From an uncultured Verrucomicrobiae bacterium (GTDB lineage: Bacteria > Verrucomicrobiota > Verrucomicrobiia > Chthoniobacterales > Chthoniobacteraceae), in contig CAWHEP010000002.1 in the NCBI GenBank assembly GCA_963828525.1, forward strand, positions 128,001 to 192,000: a stretch of 64,000 nt of DNA, in the 5' to 3' direction. Shown here piece after piece: positions 22,239 through 31,645 of this stretch. The position numbers and the translations under genes are program-made. Every line of letters begins with the position of its first letter. Within the stretch, counting starts at the first letter, position 1. A model generated the notes under the pieces. It had not been told where the DNA came from. It did not search any database and saw nothing but the letters and a program-made list of their open reading frames with translations.

Positions 22239-22870
22239 GGGAGAAGAAATCCCTCGAGTTCCGCCCAGCTCCTGAAGGCGCGGATGCTCTCTGGAACCGC
22301 GGCGCGCCCATGCGGCGCGAACAGCAGCTTCCCAACCGCGACCGGGAACGAAGGCTCCGCGAATACTTCCACCAAGTCATCGATGAAATGACTGCACCCG
22401 TGCCGGGCGATGCGGGCGATCTTGTCCGCGCGCGTGGACTCGAAGAAGACGTCGCTTTGCAAAAGCCCCAGCCCTCCCCCCGAGAAAAAGCCGCGCTCCT
22501 CCATCCACCGCAGCGCGGGTTCCCGTATGTCTATCTCCGCGCCATCGAGCACCGCGGTCGCCGTTTTGTGGCTGATGATCCGCACCGGGATCCCCGCCTT
22601 CACGACCGCGCGCAGACAGGCGTCCGCCCCGTCGAAGAGTCGCGCCTCTCGCATCCGCAAGCCATACACTACCGCCTGCAACCGAGTCCACTGCTCCTCC
22701 CCGCCCGGGCGCAACCGTATGGCATCCCTTACAAGCTCTTTGCTTGCCGGCGTCGATATTGGGATCAGCCCCTCCTCGACCGCTGCCGCGTGAAAAAGGT
22801 CATCATAACAAACAAGCGTGTTATCGAGATCCACTCCGAGGAAACGCGCTGTGGGGACGGAAGTTTCCAT
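22235..22870 (-). CDS. HAD-superfamily hydrolase
   Basis: Motif I GVDLDNTL, motif II ISHKT, motif IV FIDDL. ATG overlaps the upstream TGA. Confidence 0.85.
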   Translation of the reverse strand: METSVPTARFLGVDLDNTLVCYDDLFHAAAVEEGLIPISTPASKELVRDAIRLRPGGEEQWTRLQAVVYGLRMREARLFDGADACLRAVVKAGIPVRIISHKTATAVLDGAEIDIREPALRWMEERGFFSGGGLGLLQSDVFFESTRADKIARIARHGCSHFIDDLVEVFAEPSFPVAVGKLLFAPHGRAAVPESIRAFRSWAELEGFLLP

Positions 22871-24700
22871 CACTGGCAGACAGTCATCTGAACAGCGGGA
22901 ACTCTCGCCCATCTCCCAAACAGCCTGCGCCTGTAAGCGACCGCAAACAACGCCGTTGGCAGCACGATCGCGGGAATGGATCGGTAGGTATAAATCCAGC
23001 CCTTCTCTGAAGATTGCGCGAAGCCGATGGTGCAATAAAGCGAAAGAACACTGCACGAAAGCAGGACCGCCATTTTTGCCGGCAGCTTGCCAGGACAGAA
23101 TGCCCCGAGCGCCAGCGCCCACATCAGATACCAGGGCCACAACTGCGTCATGATGCAAAAATAGGAGGCAATGAGCGCCGCTGGAGCCCAGACGAGGAAC
23201 CGGTCGAAATTCGTGGTTTTCCAGGCGGCGACCAGTCCAAACAGGGCGAACGCGCCCCACGCCGTTCCGCGTATCCAAGCGTTCGCCTTTTCCACGCTCG
23301 GCCAGTTTTCAGGCTCGTCCTCCAGACGTTCCAGCGTCTCGTCGTCCGCCTCCCCCGGCGGATCGCCGACCTCCACGACAGCGGCATACGCGGTATACCC
23401 CTGCCGATGGGATACCGGGTCATAGACGCGCACCCAATCTTCATCCGCCTGTGGAGACACCACAAGCACTCTGCGATGTTCCGGAAGGCGCGCCATGGCC
23501 TTCGCGTTTTCCTCGGGCTGGGCAAGCAGGAACGCGGGGGACTTGAGTTCCACCCAGTAGCTGCCGAACTCCACCGGCACTTCGACAGAGTCGGCGTCCT
23601 CCCCAAGCAGGCGCCGCAACCCCTTGAAAATCAGTTCATGGAAATTATTTGCGTAAAACTCGGGTGAAGTCGCGAAATGCGCCGCGGGCAGATCCCCGCT
23701 CCCATGCGACGGCCCCCGGCACAGGGCAAACACCAGCAACGCCCCCGCCGCGCAGCGCCTAATAAAGAAGCCGCGCTCTCTCCAGCCTCGGAGTCCCCGA
23801 AGCGACCATCAACATATAAAGCGGCGCCAGCACCCCTGTCAGGAACTTCACCATCGCCGAAAGGAGGAACGCCACCACGGCGGAGGCCTTATAGCCGCGA
23901 ACATGCAGCCACACCGCCGCGAGCATGAACGCGACCATCGTCGCGTCGTTATGCCCGCTCACTCCGGCCTCCAGCAGCACCAGCGGATTCCACATAAACA
24001 GCGCGAGCCCTTGTGCCGTCCGTTCAGGCGCGTACCGGCGCAACGCGCTCCAGATGAACCCCGCGCCCGCGGCAACACTGCCAGCCGCCAGAACGCGGAA
24101 GAGCGCCACCGTCATCCCAGTATTCTCTCCGCTCACCCTCGAAACTGCCGAAGAAATCATCGTCCACAGCGGCCCGTACACGGAAGGCAAATACCCGCGC
24201 AGCAGCCGCAAATAAGGGTCCGTCGGAACAATGCCTGGGTCATCGATATACGGGCTGGAATGGTAAATTGAAGCCAGCCGCCCGTACAGGGCGTACGCGT
24301 ACATGTCCGAGGAAAACATGATCGGCGAGCAAACCAGCGCCGCCAGCAGCACAACCCCGGAGCCAAACACGCAAAACTGCACGGAGTTCGGCTGCGCGCC
24401 ACGCAGCGCCCTCAGCAGTAACCCGTAAATCCCAAAAAGCGCCCCGCAACACCCGAGGAACCGCGCCGACGCGCCGACCTCCGCCGAATCGCCCTGAATC
24501 TTGCGCAGAGCCTCCTTCGACAAACTCGGAGCCCACGAAAGCGCCGCGCTCACCCCGCTGACCTCCACCGTAGCGAGCGATGCCGCCACCCGGAGCAGCG
24601 CGTAATAACAAACCAGCGAACCCAGCAGAGCCAGCCCCACCCACAGCACCCGGCTGCGAACCCATGGAACCCGCGCGGCGGCAAGATCGGAACGTATCAT
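22870..24700 (-). CDS. GT-C-type membrane glycosyltransferase (MptA/B-like) with soluble insertion, frameshifted near 23803
   Basis: SSDMYAY, SPY, SVYGPLW, WNPLVLLE..SGHND, VKF; second frame carries WPWYLMW. Confidence 0.75.
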
Positions 24701-24778
24701 TCAGCGAAATGCGCGCATCCTGCACGGATCACCCCGCAACTTAAACCCAAAAACGATCCCCGCTTTCTCAAGCGGGAG

Positions 24779-24851
24779 TGGAGGTAAGGGGAGTCGAACC
24801 CCTGACCTTCTCATTGCGAACGAGACGCTCTACCAACTGAGCTATACCCCC
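24779..24851 (-). tRNA. tRNA-Ala(CGC)
   Basis: Minus strand reads GGGGGTATAGCTCAGTTGGTAGAGCGTCTCGTTCGCAATGAGAAGGTCAGGGGTTCGACTCCCCTTACCTCCA: cloverleaf, anticodon CGC, G3:U70 alanine identity pair, CCA tail not encoded. Confidence 0.96.
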
Positions 24852-24856
24852 AAAAA
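24836..24856 (+). repeat. 21-bp direct repeat, copy 1 (tRNA 5' end plus 5 nt of leader)
   Basis: ACTGAGCTATACCCCCAAAAA, identical to 30220-30240. Confidence 0.9.
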
Positions 24857-25053
24857 ATCGCCAGACTGAACACCGCGAAAGCCAAAAAGCCAGCGTCACA
24901 GCATCCAAACAGAACGCAAATCAGTATCGCCGGGAAAAATACCCCGGCAAGAGGAAAAGAAAGCCTTCCGCTTCCCTGCGCAGCGACAGTTCTTGCCCGT
25001 GAATATTCCATCACAAGCAATATGCAAACGGCCGTACCCTCTGCCACCGGCGC

Positions 25054-25087
25054 AAAGAAAAACGGCCCGCGCTCTCGCGCGGACCGT
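25054..25087 (-). terminator. Rho-independent terminator of the PL4 gene
   Basis: Minus strand ACGGTCCGCGC-GAGA-GCGCGGGCCGT followed by TTTTCTTT. Confidence 0.8.
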
Positions 25088-25126
25088 CGTTCTCCAAGGC
25101 AGTGGACCTGCGTCGGCCGCCCGCTG

Positions 25127-28100
25127 CTATGGGGTTGTCACCGTCACGTAGGCGTGCGGTGAGATCCCGCCCGAATTCACTGCGGTCACCCGGTAGTAGT
25201 AGGTCGTGCCGGAGACAAGGCCCTTGTCGGTCAGGAACGTCTCGACCCCCGCGTTGGCGTAGTTGGCCGGGAACGATCCGAACGACCCGGAGGTCGTGGA
25301 ACGGTAGATCACGTACCCGGTGGCATTGTCGGCGGCGGTCCAGGTGAGTTTCACACTGGTGGAACTCAGCGCCGTGGCGCTCACTCCGCCCGCAGCGCTC
25401 GGGGAAGGCGGCTGCGGCACCGCCATCGCCAGGGCGGAATCCCCGCTCGAGCCGACCGCGTTTACGGCTTTCACCGAGTAGTCGTAAATCTTCCCGTTCG
25501 ACACCGTGGCGTCCGTGTACGTTGTGCCCGTCACGTAGTCGTTCAGGACGATCGTGCGCAGGACGTACGTGCTGCTGGCATTGTTCTCGGCGAGGGTCCT
25601 GCGCGTGATCACGTAATAATTCGCGCCAGGCGTCGCGCCCCAGCTCAGGTTGACTTGGTGCGAGACGGATCCGCTTACGGACAGCGTCGGCGTGGCCGGG
25701 GCCGACGTTGGCAATGTTGACAGCGGCTTGCCCGCTCCCTGCGGGGAATTGGCGCTGAATCCGTTCTGGACGTTCCAGGACTGCACCACGTAGTAATAGA
25801 TGGTGTTGTTGGCCGCCGAGGTGTCGTTAAACGTCGCCACGCTTGAGTCGCTGCCGCTGACCGGTCCGAGGTCTCCGCTCCACAGCGAGACGTAGCCGGA
25901 ACCGGAGGTGGTGCTGCGCAGAATGTTATAGCGGGCCGCCCCGGGCATGACCGGCCAGGTGACCAGGTTGCGATTGTTGCCCGGATAAACCGTGACGCTC
26001 GTAGGTGCCGGCGGCACGAAGCCTTGCAACTCCAGCCGCAGGTAGTCGAGCATCACGTTGTAGGAATAACCCACCTTGTTCATGGCGATGGTTATAGTGT
26101 TCGCGCCCTGGTGGAGCAGGGTGGACGGGAAGTTAATGCGCACGTCCTCGAAGGGTCCGTGCACGCCCATGTGGATGCTGCTGTTATCCATGTAGTTCCC
26201 GTAGGGAGGAGGCGAGAAGCCAGTGCTCAGGAGGGATCCCGCCGGCGACACGGTCACGCCGGAGGCGGTGTCGAGATCCTGCCCGTTGACGCTGAAGACC
26301 ACCTCGCCGCCGTTGTCGCCGGCAATCGCCGCGTAGAGCGCGGTCTTTGCGGACCCGGAGGGCGCGGCGGGCAGGTTGAAGTTGATCGTCGCCTTGGTGG
26401 GCAGGTACGAGCCGGTCGAGTCGATCTGCGAAGGCAGGACGTAATTCCAGTCGGTGTCCCAACGGCTCGCGCCCACGTTGTAGGTGATGCCGTTCGGAAA
26501 CTCCTGGAGATAGTACGCCTGCGCGCCCCAGACCGGGGTGGGGAAGCCCACCTGCGGTGGTAGTTCACCCTGCCAGTAATCCTCGCCGTGGCGGAACTCG
26601 TCGGCCTTACGATCGGGCACGCCGATTTCAAACACGGTCGCGCCATCCCGCTTGGGGGTCCACGTCACCGTGGCAGGCAGGGCGTATGTCCCGCCGCCGG
26701 AGGGGACGGAGATCGACAGCGGCGTCGCCGGACCGGTCGTTTCAAAGGGCGGGGTGCCACCCGCTTGGGGTTGGGACATGAATGTGCCCGCCACGCCTGG
26801 TCCGTAAGCCCACAAGGTGTAATTCGAGCCGGCGATGACATCCGGGATGGTGAAGTTGCCGCCTGAGTCCGTCTGCGCCCAGAATTGGTACGGCTTTAAC
26901 CATTTCTGGAAGTCGAACAACATCGGCGACGAAAAGGACGACGGCTGCTGGATGAGGCCGACCCACGTTCCCGCGACTGCCGGATTGCGGTTGCCCGGGT
27001 CACTGATCGCCAGCTTGCCGGTCACATTCGAGCGGCCCGAGGCCGGGGCGTAGGCCGGATTGGAAAACCAGCTGTAAGGCCACGCGCCTTTTTCGGCGGC
27101 GTCCTGCGCCACCGCGTCGTTAAAGAGCGCCTGCGCGGCCTGCGCCGGGTCTGTGATGGAGGAGGAAACGTTGTTGACGTAAACGAACCATGGGCCGCAG
27201 GTCTTTGACCAGACCTCGTTGTCCCCGACCGCGCTATCCGTGCCTTGGCCGAGTTCCTGGGTCAGGATTTGGTTGGCGATGATATTGCCATAAACCCCGT
27301 CATCGTGCTTGAGGGGGCCGCCGCCATAGTATTCCGGGTGGCCCATCTGCCAGAGGCCTATGTTCGTCCCGGTAGGGCCGACGCTGCTAAAGCCCCAGGC
27401 TCTCTGATCGCCATGATCCAGCGCGGTGCTGAATTTGTTTCCGTACTCGCCTGCCAGCCCGCCACTGGTTGAGATGCCGCTTTCCTTGGGGATGTCGTTG
27501 GCGCGCACGCCCGGCGTCGTTGACTGGGCCCCGGTGAAGAAGTTTCGCAGCGGGTCCGCGCTCAGCCAGTTGAAGCTCGGAGTGACCCGCATGATCAAAC
27601 CGAAGGCGTTGATATTTTCGGCAATATCACCCGCGCCGTGGGTGATGACGCCCGTGGTGTAAAAGCCGGTTGAGCCGCGCAGCATGGTGAAGTGGGTCTC
27701 AAACGTTCCGTCTTGCGCGGTGTCCCCGCGCAGGAGCTCCACGTCCACGCGGTTACCCGAGGGATCGACGGACGCCGAATAGGTAAGCGGGCCGTCGCTG
27801 AAGTTGACGGCCTTCGCCCCGGACGGGAAGGTGATAAAGCCGCCCCAGTAATATTGCCCGGCGGCTTCCAGGACCTCCGTGGTCCGCGTCGTCCCGTTGT
27901 TGTTATACGTGTAATTGATGGAATTCAGTCGCGCGTTGGCCTTGCCGATGTTGATGGCAACAATGCCGTTGGCCACGGTCACGGTGCCGTCGCCGTTGTC
28001 GACCAGGGTAACATTGGCTCCCGTGCCGGTGCCGCCGCCGGGATTGTTGGCGCTCGCGGGCCCGGGGTGGCACCCGAGCGCGAAAATTGACGCGCCCACA

Positions 28101-28216
28101 AGGGCGCGGACCCATTGCGGACCACGTTTGGCGACGTCGCGCAAAGCGCGCGCGCGGCGGGAGGAAATAAACCCAAAGATGGGTTTTACGACACTACGGG
28201 GGGGGGATTTCTTCAT
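25127..28216 (-). CDS. Secreted rhamnogalacturonan lyase (PL4) with three C-terminal fibronectin type III domains
   Basis: Signal-like leader, HFTMLRGSTGFY, WSKTCGPWFVYVN, WPYSW, YQFWAQTD..GNFTI, FEIGVPDR..EF, YLRLE; FN3 repeats ending YYYVV, YDYSVKAVN and YYYRVTAVN. Confidence 0.85.
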   Translation of the reverse strand: MKKSPPRSVVKPIFGFISSRRARALRDVAKRGPQWVRALVGASIFALGCHPGPASANNPGGGTGTGANVTLVDNGDGTVTVANGIVAINIGKANARLNSINYTYNNNGTTRTTEVLEAAGQYYWGGFITFPSGAKAVNFSDGPLTYSASVDPSGNRVDVELLRGDTAQDGTFETHFTMLRGSTGFYTTGVITHGAGDIAENINAFGLIMRVTPSFNWLSADPLRNFFTGAQSTTPGVRANDIPKESGISTSGGLAGEYGNKFSTALDHGDQRAWGFSSVGPTGTNIGLWQMGHPEYYGGGPLKHDDGVYGNIIANQILTQELGQGTDSAVGDNEVWSKTCGPWFVYVNNVSSSITDPAQAAQALFNDAVAQDAAEKGAWPYSWFSNPAYAPASGRSNVTGKLAISDPGNRNPAVAGTWVGLIQQPSSFSSPMLFDFQKWLKPYQFWAQTDSGGNFTIPDVIAGSNYTLWAYGPGVAGTFMSQPQAGGTPPFETTGPATPLSISVPSGGGTYALPATVTWTPKRDGATVFEIGVPDRKADEFRHGEDYWQGELPPQVGFPTPVWGAQAYYLQEFPNGITYNVGASRWDTDWNYVLPSQIDSTGSYLPTKATINFNLPAAPSGSAKTALYAAIAGDNGGEVVFSVNGQDLDTASGVTVSPAGSLLSTGFSPPPYGNYMDNSSIHMGVHGPFEDVRINFPSTLLHQGANTITIAMNKVGYSYNVMLDYLRLELQGFVPPAPTSVTVYPGNNRNLVTWPVMPGAARYNILRSTTSGSGYVSLWSGDLGPVSGSDSSVATFNDTSAANNTIYYYVVQSWNVQNGFSANSPQGAGKPLSTLPTSAPATPTLSVSGSVSHQVNLSWGATPGANYYVITRRTLAENNASSTYVLRTIVLNDYVTGTTYTDATVSNGKIYDYSVKAVNAVGSSGDSALAMAVPQPPSPSAAGGVSATALSSTSVKLTWTAADNATGYVIYRSTTSGSFGSFPANYANAGVETFLTDKGLVSGTTYYYRVTAVNSGGISPHAYVTVTTP

Positions 28217-28774
28217 GTGCTGTTCCTTTTTTGGGGGGTTGACGGGAAGCCGCGAGAGCGGCTTCGTTCTTCGAGAATGTCAATCATCCCGTGCCCGCGC
28301 AACCAATTTGCGCGCTGTTTTCGGACCGGTTTGCGCGCTTTCCGTTGGTAGATTGCCAAAGCCCGTTCACACCACAGGCAAGCTTCGGAAAAGAGGCATG
28401 AAAAGGGAGAAAAATGGAACGGTGGTTCGAGCTTTGTCCATTGTTTGCAACGGCGGCGGCGGAGCCGTTCCCGATGAACCCGCCGCCAACAACCCGCCCG
28501 CACCACGGCGTCGTGCGTTTTCGCGAGGGCCTAGATGTGGGCGAGGTCGCCACCGGAGTACAACTTCTGCGGACGGCCTTCTCCCCCAGCGCCGCTTGGG
28601 TCGGTTCCGTTCAAGGCAGACGCCAGTCAGCCGCCCCTCAGCTCCCGGAGAATCCCTTCATCGGGAAATCTGCTGGGCGATCTTTATAAAGCGTCATAAA
28701 TGGCGGGACACCAAAATAGCCCAGCGTGATTCGCCATAATGACGACAAACGTCTTGTTCGTTTCTAATGGACTC

Positions 28775-29824
28775 TCATCTCACTGTAATGCTCGTTTTTT
28801 TTCGAGCCCACACACCACGCCAAAGCTCGGCTTCCAGCTGTGCAATTGTCGGAAGGCTGCCCTGAAGTTCGCGGGGCAGGGTTTCGGTAAGATGGGTTTT
28901 CCAGTCGGCAACGGCGATGGATTTGTCGAGGCCCCGCAGCGCGTATTCGACCTCCAGTTTGGTTTTTCCTTTGCAGAGCAACAGGCCAATGGTGGGCTGG
29001 TCCTCGGGGTGGCGCAGCATGTTATCCACTGCAGAGAGGTAGAAATTCATCTGTCCGGTGAACCCTGGCTCAAAAGGAACGGCCTTGAGTTCCACAACAA
29101 CATATCGGCGGAGTTTGAGATGGTAGAAGAGGAGATCAATATACGAGTCCGTGTTGCCAACCTCCAAGTGGACCTGGCGTCCCACGAAGGCAAAGCCCGA
29201 GCCGAGTTCGAGCAGAAATTTCTGGATATGATCCACCAGCGCCTGCTCAACTTCCCGTTCGCGGCGGGGATCAGCAGTGCCGAGGAAGTCGAGAAGGTAC
29301 GGGTCCTTGAATATCTGATTGGGGAGATCAGAATCCGCGGGAGGGAGGGTCGCGGCGAAGTTGTTGACGGAGTTGCCGGAGCGGACGTGGGCGCGGGCCG
29401 CGATTTGCACGGCAAGGACGTTCCGTGACCATCCGTATTCGATGCTTGCCTTGATATACCAGAGGCGGTGGGACGCGGATTTCACTTTTTGTAGGAGGAG
29501 GATGATGTGTCCCCAAGGCAATTGCGAAACAAGCTGTTTCGTAATCTCGGGTTCAGGGAACGCCTCCGCGAACAACTTCATCGAAAGCAGGTTACGCGGA
29601 GAGAGTCCGCCCATATCGGGAAAAGCCTCGCGGAGGTCTGCGGAAAGGCGGTCTATCACCCTGGCTCCCCAACCTTCGGCCTCTTGGCGGGCAATGATGG
29701 TTTGGCCCACCTGCCAGTAGGCCTGCGTAACGGCGACATTTGCAACGAGCACGGCGCGCAGTCGGGCTTGGACGAGGTGCTTCTTGATATCGGCAAGCAG
29801 CGATGCGTAGCCAGTCGGCAGCTT
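28775..29824 (-). CDS. DUF1016/YhcG PD-(D/E)XK nuclease-family protein
   Basis: YWQVG, GWGARVIDRLS.DL, LPWGH, WSRNVL, KDPYLLDFL, FLLELGSGFAFVGRQ, IDLLFYH, VELK. The frame is open upstream of GTG 29752 with typical LPTGYASLLADIK; true start unclear. Confidence 0.92.
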   Translation of the reverse strand, partial: KLPTGYASLLADIKKHLVQARLRAVLVANVAVTQAYWQVGQTIIARQEAEGWGARVIDRLSADLREAFPDMGGLSPRNLLSMKLFAEAFPEPEITKQLVSQLPWGHIILLLQKVKSASHRLWYIKASIEYGWSRNVLAVQIAARAHVRSGNSVNNFAATLPPADSDLPNQIFKDPYLLDFLGTADPRREREVEQALVDHIQKFLLELGSGFAFVGRQVHLEVGNTDSYIDLLFYHLKLRRYVVVELKAVPFEPGFTGQMNFYLSAVDNMLRHPEDQPTIGLLLCKGKTKLEVEYALRGLDKSIAVADWKTHLTETLPRELQGSLPTIAQLEAELWRGVWARKKTSITVR

Positions 29825-30145
29825 CGCCCTCGTTATCTCACCGGGGTTATGCTTTCCAGTCCCTTCTATTCCGCAGGTACTCCGGTGGGGGCGCTTGCTC
29901 GGACAGTTGCCTCAGATTATCAGCGTCCTGGTGCGCCTGGTTGTCGGCGCGTTTCTGTTCCTCCGCGCTCAGCGGGTGCTTGACTGGTGGGCGCACAAGC
30001 AGCTATCGAGCGTCCCGCCTGACGCCTGACAACGCGCTCCACAGCGCATTACGGCGCTCAGAGCGTCCTGCATTCACCGTGTCGCATCGTGTCCGCAACT
30101 TGTCCGATGGTTGAGAAATGCCTTCTTGGGTCTTTCCTCGCGTAA

Positions 30146-30178
30146 GTCAATAGTCACGTCAATAGCGCCGGTCAAAAA
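30146..30178 (+). repeat. Tandem 8-mer repeats (possible integrase arm-type sites)
   Basis: GTCAATAG (30146-53), GTCAATAG (30158-65), GTCAAAAA (30171-78), about 40-75 bp inside the 21-bp repeat. Confidence 0.45.
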
Positions 30179-30219
30179 ACAGGCTTTTCGGGTCTTTTTC
30201 GGTGCCTCTCCACCCTCGC

Positions 30220-30240
30220 ACTGAGCTATACCCCCAAAAA
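30220..30240 (+). repeat. 21-bp direct repeat, copy 2 (att-like fragment of tRNA-Ala 5' end)
   Basis: Identical to 24836-24856; the rest of the tRNA is absent here. Confidence 0.9.
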
Positions 30241-30471
30241 TTTGGAAAGGCAGGAGATACTATGGAGGCAACGCTCACTGCGGCAACCGGAGAATCACGC
30301 AGCGGATTCTGCCGCGATGGCTCCTCTCTCGTCAGGGCTGGGGTCTAACCCAACTGTCACCCCGATAGTGATGTATGGTTGAGGGGAAGCAGGAATGTGC
30401 GAAGCTCGGCGTGAATAGAGCAACCAATTCCCGCTTACAACGCGCAGCATGCCCAAACGCTTTTTGCATCC

Positions 30472-31644
30472 ATGACCAATTCCGTGCTTCCCATCGAAAA
30501 CGCCGTCAGAGAGCGCTATGGCGCCGGGGCTCAGGCTCAGGAAGCCGCGCTGTGCTGTCCGGTGGAATATGATCCCCAGTATCTGAAAGTCATCCCTGCG
30601 GAGGTAATTGAAAAAGATTACGGCTGCGGGGATCCCAGCCGCTTTCTGCGCCCGGGAGAAACGGTCCTCGATTTGGGCAGCGGTACGGGCAAAATTTGCT
30701 TCATCGCCTCACAGGTGGTCGGGCCAGAGGGGCGCGTCATCGGCGTGGATATGACGGACCCCATGCTGGAAGTAGCCCGTCGGAATGCGCCTTTGGTCGC
30801 GGAGCGCGTTGGATATAAAAACGTGGAATTTCGCAAAGGGCGGATTCAGGATTTGGGGCTTGATTTGGAAAGGTTGGACGCGGAGCTCCGCTCGCGGCCC
30901 ATCGATTCGGCGGACGCCTTCCTGGCGGCGGAGGATTTGGCGCGGGAATTAAGGCTCAAGCATCCTCTGGTCGCGACGGAATCAGTCGACGTGGTGGTTT
31001 CCAACTGCGTGCTTAATCTGGTGGAAACCAAGGCCAAAAAGCAGCTCTTCGAGGAGATGTTCCGGGTGCTGAGACTGGGCGGGCGCGCTGTGATCTCCGA
31101 CATCGTGGCGGATGAGGAGGTGCCGCGGGAGTTGCAGGATGATCCAGAGCTTTGGTCCGGCTGCATCTCGGGCGCCCTTACCGAGCGGGGGTTCATGGCG
31201 GCTTTTGAGCAGGCGGGCTTTTACGGGATACAAATTCTGAAGCGGGACAGCGCGCCATGGCGTACGGCGCACGGGATTGAATTTCGCTCGCTCACGGTGG
31301 AGGCTCGCAAAGGCAAGCAAGGGCCTTGCTTCGAGCGGAACCAGGCAGTGATTTACAAAGGTCCCTTCAAGGAAGTGCTGGATGACGACAACCATCGGCG
31401 GGCCCGCGGGCAGAGGAGCGCGGTTTGCGACAAGACGTTCCAACTTTACCGTCAAGCGCCTTACCGGGAGCACTTCGAGTTTATCGAGCCGTTGACGGAT
31501 ATTCCCTTGGAGCAAGCCGCGCCATTCAGTTCGAATCGTTCGCCCTTCCGGCATCCGCGTGAGAGCAAGGGCTTGGAATATAATGCCACAACCGAGGGAT
31601 CTAACTGCTGCGACGCGGGGGGTGGCGGCGGCTGCTGCTGCTAA
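30472..31644 (+). CDS. ArsM-like SAM-dependent methyltransferase, Cys-rich
   Basis: LCCPVEYD, DYGCGDP, VLDLGSGTG, VSNCVLNL, WSGCISGA, AVCDKT, C-terminal NCC...GGCCC. Confidence 0.85.
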   Translation: MTNSVLPIENAVRERYGAGAQAQEAALCCPVEYDPQYLKVIPAEVIEKDYGCGDPSRFLRPGETVLDLGSGTGKICFIASQVVGPEGRVIGVDMTDPMLEVARRNAPLVAERVGYKNVEFRKGRIQDLGLDLERLDAELRSRPIDSADAFLAAEDLARELRLKHPLVATESVDVVVSNCVLNLVETKAKKQLFEEMFRVLRLGGRAVISDIVADEEVPRELQDDPELWSGCISGALTERGFMAAFEQAGFYGIQILKRDSAPWRTAHGIEFRSLTVEARKGKQGPCFERNQAVIYKGPFKEVLDDDNHRRARGQRSAVCDKTFQLYRQAPYREHFEFIEPLTDIPLEQAAPFSSNRSPFRHPRESKGLEYNATTEGSNCCDAGGGGGCCC

Positions 31645-31645
31645 G

